Shown one piece after another: positions 57,592 through 64,000 of a stretch of 64,000 nt of DNA; the first letter of the stretch is position 1; every line of letters starts with the position of its first letter. Source of the DNA: a virus; the IMG/VR virus record IMGVR_UViG_3300034102_001457, positions 15,858 through 79,857 of that record. One strand, 5' to 3'. Below the pieces are notes generated by a model. It searched no databases, was not told the DNA's origin, and saw only the letters and a program-made list of their open reading frames with translations. The position numbers were made by a program, and so were the translations under genes.

Positions 57592-58263
57592 ATGAGTATA
57601 GTAAAGGGTCTGAAAGACCTAAACAAGGCACTAGATAAGCCTACCTACAGTGGTGGGGATGAAAACAAAGGCCGCTGGCTAAAGATTGAAGACGGCGAAA
57701 GCGTAAAGATTAGGTTCCTACAAGAGCTTGATCCAGATTCACCAACATACAACGACAAGCTAGGTTGCGGTTTTATTGCGTTAGAGCACACGAATCCAAA
57801 AGATTATCGTCGCAAGGCTCTGGACACAATGGAAACAGAAGGACGTGACTGGGCTAATGAACAGCATCGCAAGGATCCAAAGGCTGGCTGGAAAGCCAGG
57901 ACCCGCCTATATATCAACGTCTTAGTAGACGATGGTAAAGAAGAGCCATATGTTGCAATTCTTTCACAAGGTACAAGCGGTAAAACAATTACACCTACCT
58001 TAATTGAATACGCTGGCGAGATGGGAAGCATCACTAACCTGATGTGGAGAATTAAACGCAATGGTTCAAAGACAGACACAAGTTATACAATTATTCCATT
58101 AGCAAAAGACGAAACTCCATTTGATTTCACTTCGCTAGAATTGTATGACCTAGAAAAAACAGCAGTGCGTCACGTTACATATGCGGAACAAGAAGCCTTC
58201 TATATGGGCGAAGGTGGACAGCAAGAAGAGTCTTCTGCTTCAAGTAGCAGCGTAGACTGGTAA
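57592..58263 (+). CDS. Single-stranded DNA-binding protein (gp32-like)
   Basis: WLKIEDGESVKIRF, RIKRNG..TDTSY, acidic/Ser tail ending in W; between primase and polymerase. Confidence 0.75.
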   Translation: MSIVKGLKDLNKALDKPTYSGGDENKGRWLKIEDGESVKIRFLQELDPDSPTYNDKLGCGFIALEHTNPKDYRRKALDTMETEGRDWANEQHRKDPKAGWKARTRLYINVLVDDGKEEPYVAILSQGTSGKTITPTLIEYAGEMGSITNLMWRIKRNGSKTDTSYTIIPLAKDETPFDFTSLELYDLEKTAVRHVTYAEQEAFYMGEGGQQEESSASSSSVDW

Positions 58264-58287
58264 TACAAAGTTAAAGGCGGAGAATTA

Positions 58288-61200
58288 ATGTCATTCACAC
58301 ATCTTCATGTGCATTCATACTATTCATTAATGGATGGCCTTAATTCTCCTGCCGAACTTGTAAAGGCTGCAAAAGATGCTGGGCAAACATCGTTAGCAAT
58401 TACAGATCACGGAACATTGTCTTCACACAGAGAAATGCAGATAGCTTGCAAAGATCAGGGAATCAAACCCATACTCGGAGTAGAAGCGTACATATCCCCT
58501 ACGGATAGATTTGATCGCTCCTCTAAAACAGATAAATCAATTCAGGCATACAACCATATAATTTTATTGGCTAAAAATAAAAAGGGCTTAGAAAACATTA
58601 ATGCCTTGCAAGAGCTTGCTTGGAACGAAGGGTTTTATCATAAACCAAGAATTGACAGAGAGGTTTTGAATGATTATAGCGAAGGTATTATCGTTCTCAG
58701 CGGATGTCTTAATGGACTCATTAGTAAGGCTATCGATAAAGGTAACATGGAGGAAGCAGAACTTCTTCTCAAAGGCTTTAAACAAACTTTCGGACAAGAT
58801 TTTTACGTGGAAGTGCAATCACATAACCCTGTGGAGATCAACTCCGCCCTTTTAGAATTAGCAGACAAACTTAAAATTAAGGCGGTGGCAACAGGAGATG
58901 CCCACTTTGCTAAAGAAGAAGATCGTGTATTAGAAGAAGCTATGCTTATTTTATCTACATCTCCAAAGGCAGACAAAGAAGCAGACTTTGATATGTCCCG
59001 TAATATAAAGGATATGCTAGACAGGTTTAATTACTTATATCCAGATAGAAAGATCTCATTTGTCGACTATAATTTATTTATCCAGACAAGGGCAGAAATA
59101 GAGGCAGACTTTAATAAGGCTGGAATTAATAGAACAGATATATATGATAATACTATGGAGATTGCTGAAAAGGTTGGAGAATACGATTTTAACAGTGGAT
59201 TAGACCTCCTCCCAGTCCCTAAGACCAATGCAGACAACAAACTCCGTGAGATGGCCTTAGAAGGCCTTAGAGCACTAGATCTGCAGGATAGCACAGAGTA
59301 CCTAGATAGGCTTGAGGAAGAGTTATCTGTAATTAAAGATAAGTCATTTGCCTCATATTTCTTGGTTGTTGCAGATATGATTAACTGGGCAAAAGAAAAT
59401 AATATTATGGTTGGGCCAGGACGTGGCTCTGCAGCAGGCTCATTGGTTTGCTATGCGCTAGGAATTACAGACGTCGACCCAATTAAATATGGGCTTCTAT
59501 TTTTTAGATTTATTAACCCAGAACGTAACGATTTTCCAGATATTGATACAGACTTTGAAGATCGTCGTCGCAAAGAGGTAAAAGACTATCTAAAGAAAAA
59601 GTTTAAGCATGTTGCATCTATTTCTACATATACTTATTTTAAAGATAAGGGAGTTATTAGAGATGCTGCTCGTGTATTCATGGTTCCATTGTCTGACGTT
59701 AATCGTGCAATGAAATCTATTGACACCTTCGAGGACTTTATGGATTCCCCAAATACAAAAGAATTTAGAATGAAGTACCCAGAAGTTGTTTGGTTGGCAG
59801 AAAGACTACGTGGAAAGATTAGAAGCGTAGGTGTTCACGCAGCTGGAGTTGTTGTTGCCAAAGATGATTTACGAAAGTTTGCTCCAGTAGAATCTCGTGC
59901 AGATGCCAGCGATCCTGTATCTGGTAGAATTCCAGTCGTCGCATACGACATGGATACGGTTGCTGATATAGGTCTTATTAAACTAGATGCACTAGGACTT
60001 AAGACTTTATCAGTGATCTCAGATACATTAAAGTCTATTAAGGATAGAAGCGGAAAGAAGATTGACTTATCTAAGCTTCCTTTAGATGATGCTAATGTTT
60101 ATAAAACCTTGAGCGAAGGATACACAAAGGGAGTATTTCAGGCTGAAGCAACTCCTTATACAAACTTGTTGATTAAAATGGGAGTCAGCGTGTTTGAAGA
60201 CTTAGCAGCATCAAATGCTTTGGTTCGTCCAGGAGCTATGAATACTGTTGGTGCTTCATACATTAAGCGTAAGCACGGTCAAGAAGCAGTTCAGTATATT
60301 CATCCTATCATGAAACCCTTTACCGAAAATACATACGGAGTTATTATTTATCAAGAGCAGGTTATGCAAGCCTGCGTACACCTAGGAGGAATGACCTGGT
60401 CAGAGGCTGACAAGGTTCGTAAAATTATTGGAAAGAAGAAAGATGCAAAAGAATTTGACGAATTCAAAGATAGGTTTATTGTTGGGGCTTCAAAGCACAT
60501 TTCGAAGAAGCAAGCCGAAACGCTCTGGCATACTTTTGAGGCTCATGCTGGGTATTCTTTTAACCGTTCCCATGCTGTTGCTTACTCTATGCTCTCTTAT
60601 TATACTGCTTGGCTCAAGACTTATTATCCTTTGGAATTTATGTTCTCGATTCTTAAAAACGAAAACGACAAGGACGTAAGAACAGAATATTTAATTGAGG
60701 CTAAGAGGCTTGGCCTAAAGGTTTTGCTGCCTCATATCAATGAGTCAGACATATACTTTTCTTTGCAAAAAGATGCAATCAGATTTGGATTAGCAGAAGT
60801 TAAATTTATTTCTGATAGCATTGCTAATAAGTTGATGGACAAAAGGCCATTTACAGATTACAAGGATTTTATTGAGAAAGCTTCTAAAAAGGGAAGCGGT
60901 ATTAATAGCAGAGCGATATCAGCATTGAATGCAATTGGAGCAGCAGCTTTTGAAGATAATCCTAGGGCAGGCAATGAAAAAGATAACTACTACGAGTATC
61001 TAGGCATTCCCACATTTAATCTAGACCTACCGCCAAGAATTAAAACTCAAGCAAGGCCTATCTCTGAATTTGATGACCTAGGTTCATTCGTTATGTTTGG
61101 AATGGCTAAGTCAATTAAAAGAGGAAACGGCTGGGCAAGAATTGAATTGGTAGATGAAACTGGATCTATTGGTCTATTTCATAATGAGCAAACTCCAATT

Positions 61201-61554
61201 GAAACTAATCAGATGTACTTTATATTAGTTGGAGATAATAGAATTGCAAGGTATGTAAAGGTGCAGGATATTAATCCTCAATCCAAGGATTCATTTGTAG
61301 ACTTCTTATATCGTAAAGAGTATGCTCTTGAAGAGAACCAGTACTTTGTGGTAGACTTTACTCCATATAAAACAAAAGCTGGCAAGACTATGGCTCACAT
61401 TGTAATGTCAGATAAAGATAAGAATTTAACTAGAGCTATTGTTTTTTCTAGTATGTATAAAATTGCCTTAGCAAAAATGCGTGAGGGAATGGTGTGCCAA
61501 GTAGTTTTGTCTAAACTAGATGACGGCACCTTAATGGTAAAGGAAATAAAGTGA
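58288..61554 (+). CDS. dnaE: DNA polymerase III alpha subunit
   Basis: PHP HLHVHSYYSLMDG, AITDHG; GPGRGSAAGS; PDIDTDF; HAAGVV; KLDALGL; YSFNRSHA. Confidence 0.97.
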   Translation: MSFTHLHVHSYYSLMDGLNSPAELVKAAKDAGQTSLAITDHGTLSSHREMQIACKDQGIKPILGVEAYISPTDRFDRSSKTDKSIQAYNHIILLAKNKKGLENINALQELAWNEGFYHKPRIDREVLNDYSEGIIVLSGCLNGLISKAIDKGNMEEAELLLKGFKQTFGQDFYVEVQSHNPVEINSALLELADKLKIKAVATGDAHFAKEEDRVLEEAMLILSTSPKADKEADFDMSRNIKDMLDRFNYLYPDRKISFVDYNLFIQTRAEIEADFNKAGINRTDIYDNTMEIAEKVGEYDFNSGLDLLPVPKTNADNKLREMALEGLRALDLQDSTEYLDRLEEELSVIKDKSFASYFLVVADMINWAKENNIMVGPGRGSAAGSLVCYALGITDVDPIKYGLLFFRFINPERNDFPDIDTDFEDRRRKEVKDYLKKKFKHVASISTYTYFKDKGVIRDAARVFMVPLSDVNRAMKSIDTFEDFMDSPNTKEFRMKYPEVVWLAERLRGKIRSVGVHAAGVVVAKDDLRKFAPVESRADASDPVSGRIPVVAYDMDTVADIGLIKLDALGLKTLSVISDTLKSIKDRSGKKIDLSKLPLDDANVYKTLSEGYTKGVFQAEATPYTNLLIKMGVSVFEDLAASNALVRPGAMNTVGASYIKRKHGQEAVQYIHPIMKPFTENTYGVIIYQEQVMQACVHLGGMTWSEADKVRKIIGKKKDAKEFDEFKDRFIVGASKHISKKQAETLWHTFEAHAGYSFNRSHAVAYSMLSYYTAWLKTYYPLEFMFSILKNENDKDVRTEYLIEAKRLGLKVLLPHINESDIYFSLQKDAIRFGLAEVKFISDSIANKLMDKRPFTDYKDFIEKASKKGSGINSRAISALNAIGAAAFEDNPRAGNEKDNYYEYLGIPTFNLDLPPRIKTQARPISEFDDLGSFVMFGMAKSIKRGNGWARIELVDETGSIGLFHNEQTPIETNQMYFILVGDNRIARYVKVQDINPQSKDSFVDFLYRKEYALEENQYFVVDFTPYKTKAGKTMAHIVMSDKDKNLTRAIVFSSMYKIALAKMREGMVCQVVLSKLDDGTLMVKEIK

Positions 61555-61787
61555 CAGACGATATCGAGGGCTTGGTAACATCTATAAGTATAAATCAGGT
61601 TCTAGTCGCTATTCTAGAAGAGTATGGTAAATTAACAGTACCTACTTTAAGATTCCTGGATGCAGGAAATTCAGAAAAAGAATTAGTTATTGACTATAAC
61701 GAAGAGGATCCATCATTTACATTTAGCTTAAGAGAGACAAAAACTAATTTAAATGCTACAATAGAAGAAGAGAGAATAGAGCAATAA
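61551..61787 (+). CDS. Hypothetical protein
   Basis: 78 aa, coupled to both neighbours. Confidence 0.65.
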   Translation: MTDDIEGLVTSISINQVLVAILEEYGKLTVPTLRFLDAGNSEKELVIDYNEEDPSFTFSLRETKTNLNATIEEERIEQ

Positions 61788-62794
61788 TGAAAATTTCACT
61801 AGATGATATACTAGCAAAGCTAGATCCAAAAACAAGAGCAAGAGTTCAATCAGCACAGAATGTCGTTGTTGAAAAACAAAAAACACCAAGCATTGGACTG
61901 AATATGGCTCTTCGTGGAGGTCTAGGTTACGGCAGACAGGTCCTTGTATGGGGAAATAAGTCTGCTGGAAAATCTTCTTTTTGTTTGCAGATGATAGCCA
62001 TTGCACAGAAAGAAGGCAAGACTTGCGCTTGGATTGATGCCGAAGCTTCTTACGATCAATCATGGGCGGAGTCTTTGGGAGTAGACTCATCTAAGTTAAT
62101 TTATTCTCCAGCAAAGACAGTTAATGATATGGTTGATGTTGGCGTAAAGCTTATGGAGGCTGGAGTAGATATGATCGTTGTTGATTCTATATCTGCACTA
62201 TTGCCAGGAATTTATTTTGAAAAAGATGGAAATGAAATGAAAGATTTGCAAGATACAAAGCAAATCGGCGCTGAAGCAAAGGATATGACCCACGCAGTCA
62301 AGATGTTAAACTATGCAAACAAAAACACACTACTTGTACTCATCTCACAACAACGAAATCAATTTGGATCTATGCATGCTAGTCACATCCCCACAGGTGG
62401 CATGGCAGTCAAGTTCTTTTCTTCCACTGTCATTAAACTCTGGTCGTCTGAGGCTGAGGCGAATGCTATTAAAGCTGGGGTTAAAGTTGGCGACAAGATC
62501 ATTGAACAAAGGGTTGGACGACCAGTTAACTGGATTATTGATTACAACAAACTCGGTCCCCCAAATCTATCGGGACAATACGACTTTTATTACCAAGGGG
62601 AAACTCTTGGTGTAGACGGAATAGGCGAAACCCTAGACGTTGCAGAAATGTGTGGCGTTGTAGAAAAGGGCGGGGCTTGGTATACAGTTAATGGAGAAAG
62701 ACTTCAAGGTAGGGCTAAGGCAGTTCAGTATCTTAGAGATAATAAAGAAGTTGCAGATAAACTTCGTGAGGAGATTGATGCCAAATCTAGATGA
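61787..62794 (+). CDS. recA: RecA-like recombinase
   Basis: GNKSAGKS, WIDAE, IVVDSISAL, PTGGMAVKFFSS, KGGAWY, QGR. Confidence 0.95.
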   Translation: MKISLDDILAKLDPKTRARVQSAQNVVVEKQKTPSIGLNMALRGGLGYGRQVLVWGNKSAGKSSFCLQMIAIAQKEGKTCAWIDAEASYDQSWAESLGVDSSKLIYSPAKTVNDMVDVGVKLMEAGVDMIVVDSISALLPGIYFEKDGNEMKDLQDTKQIGAEAKDMTHAVKMLNYANKNTLLVLISQQRNQFGSMHASHIPTGGMAVKFFSSTVIKLWSSEAEANAIKAGVKVGDKIIEQRVGRPVNWIIDYNKLGPPNLSGQYDFYYQGETLGVDGIGETLDVAEMCGVVEKGGAWYTVNGERLQGRAKAVQYLRDNKEVADKLREEIDAKSR

Positions 62795-62966
62795 GTTTTT
62801 AAATAAAGATATTAAGCAAAAGGAATATGAGTTAGAACGCATTCCAGGCCTTAAAGCCTGTGCTAAGTGTGATGAAGATGTCAACGGTGCCACATGGGAT
62901 CCAATAGAATTAGTTATGTCTTGGACATGCTCTAAAGGACACAATACAATTTTTAAGGTTAACTAG
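62778..62966 (+). CDS. Small zinc-binding protein
   Basis: GAGGAG SD; CAKC...CSKGH. Confidence 0.65.
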   Translation: MPNLDEFLNKDIKQKEYELERIPGLKACAKCDEDVNGATWDPIELVMSWTCSKGHNTIFKVN

Positions 62967-63271
62967 TGTCAGAAAGATCAGAAGTAAAAAGAGATGGCGC
63001 TAAGGCTCAAAAGAATAGTGGTCGTGGGGATTATCAAAAGGGTGATGCTAAATGGAACCAGTTTCTTGTAGACTATAAAGAAGCATCTAAATCTTTTACT
63101 TTAAATAAAGAAGTTTGGGCAAAGATATGTACAGATACATTTAAAGTTAATCGAGATATGCACCCAGCATTAAAGATTATTATTGGAACGGATTCCAAGG
63201 TTAGACTTGGAATTATTGAGTGGGCAGTTCTAGAAGAATTGATCCAGTTTTGGGAGGACAACAATGACTAG
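62966..63271 (+). CDS. Holliday junction resolvase-like PD-(D/E)xK nuclease
   Basis: E...NSGRG..KGDA....FLVDYKE. Confidence 0.7.
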   Translation: MSERSEVKRDGAKAQKNSGRGDYQKGDAKWNQFLVDYKEASKSFTLNKEVWAKICTDTFKVNRDMHPALKIIIGTDSKVRLGIIEWAVLEELIQFWEDNND

Positions 63272-63368
63272 CATGCTACTGATATCTTTAGCCTGTTTTG
63301 TAATTGGTTACGGACTAGGTTTGTTTGTAGATAAATGGGATAAGAGGATTAAAAATGGCGGAAGATAA
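63264..63368 (+). CDS. Small membrane protein (34 aa, not in the ORF track)
   Basis: GGAGG SD; MTSMLLISLACFVIGYGLGLFVDKWDKRIKNGGR. Confidence 0.55.
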   Translation: MTSMLLISLACFVIGYGLGLFVDKWDKRIKNGGR

Positions 63369-63690
63369 AAACACCCTTGAGCTAATAAGTCAGATCACAG
63401 AGTTTAATGATCTACACGAGTTCATGAAGGATGAACACCTAGACAAGGCCTTGGCTATTGTAGTAAAGCTATTATTAAATCCAGATGTTCCGTCCGCTAA
63501 ATCCCCTATGCTTATTATGGAGTTACAGGCAATGTCAACAAAGTTTGCTGTTATGGCTTCGTACTATTCAACCATTGCAAAAGATAAAGCTGGAACCACA
63601 AATAACAATAAAAAGAATGTTTATTACTCACTAAAGGAATCTATAGACAAGCTAGTAGATGCACTTAAGTATGTAGTTAGGTACAACTAA
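63355..63690 (+). CDS. Hypothetical helical protein
   Basis: 111-aa ORF with GAGG SD. Confidence 0.7.
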   Translation: MAEDKNTLELISQITEFNDLHEFMKDEHLDKALAIVVKLLLNPDVPSAKSPMLIMELQAMSTKFAVMASYYSTIAKDKAGTTNNNKKNVYYSLKESIDKLVDALKYVVRYN

Positions 63691-64000
63691 TGATTCAAAA
63701 AAGAATTATGCTGGTGTTTATTTTTATTGGTTCAGCAATAGGATTGTTTGTTTTAAATTCTAATCAACCAGAGTGCATTAACCTATACGTAGACTACGGA
63801 AATAATTCTACAGTAGAAAAGAAATGCGTCAGTGCCAGTGGTAAAGTTAATTCTTTAGATCTATTAAAGACAAATGGGTATAATATAGAGGGAACAGTAA
63901 AGTATGGAAATGCTGTTGTCTGCAGAGTAAATAATTTTCCCAACAACAGTGTTGAAAAATGCCAAGACATGCCACCAGAAAATGCATATTGGGCCGTGTT
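63690..64000 (+). CDS. Truncated membrane-anchored/secreted Cys-containing protein (DUF4430/SCO2322-like, tentative)
   Basis: MIQKRIMLVFIFIGSAIGLFV signal anchor; CINLYVDYG, KCV, EGTVKYGNAVVCRVNNFP, CQDMPPENAYWA; runs off the window. Confidence 0.55.
   Translation, partial: MIQKRIMLVFIFIGSAIGLFVLNSNQPECINLYVDYGNNSTVEKKCVSASGKVNSLDLLKTNGYNIEGTVKYGNAVVCRVNNFPNNSVEKCQDMPPENAYWAV

Noticed and set aside
1-64000. Stop-codon reassignment, tRNAs, integrase or lysis cassette
   Set aside because: Core genes are full length in the standard code; no cloverleaf, recombinase, endolysin or clear holin recognised by eye

Overview
A 64-kb, AT-rich segment of a large tailed phage with siphovirus-type organisation; every supported gene is on the + strand. 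(1) 1-23.9 kb is an unusually large block of fibre/appendage genes upstream of the head genes: Mtd_N-type N-termini, collagen, cupredoxin-like, 7xFn3, LamG, paralogous receptor-binding proteins and fibre chaperones. Embedded at 2.8-6.2 kb is a cassette encoding a PASTA-(NPGF)n/(NEPAF)n-Hint protein, a GNAT-like protein and three 2OG-Fe(II) oxygenase-fold proteins. (2) 23.9-53.1 kb is the head and tail module: portal, protease/scaffold, major capsid, connectors, major tail, a tail chaperone with a -1 frameshift, a 2267-aa tape measure carrying internal cargo including a DRGH nuclease-like motif, and minor tail proteins. (3) 53.1-64 kb is the replication module: metallophosphoesterase, HTH protein, DnaB, DnaG, SSB, DnaE, RecA and a resolvase. 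No terminase, lysin, integrase, tRNA or CRISPR array was recognised. Apparently leaderless genes, the PASTA domain and the DnaE/RecA module suggest a Gram-positive, probably actinobacterial host (inference). All calls come from reading motifs by eye; no searches were run.
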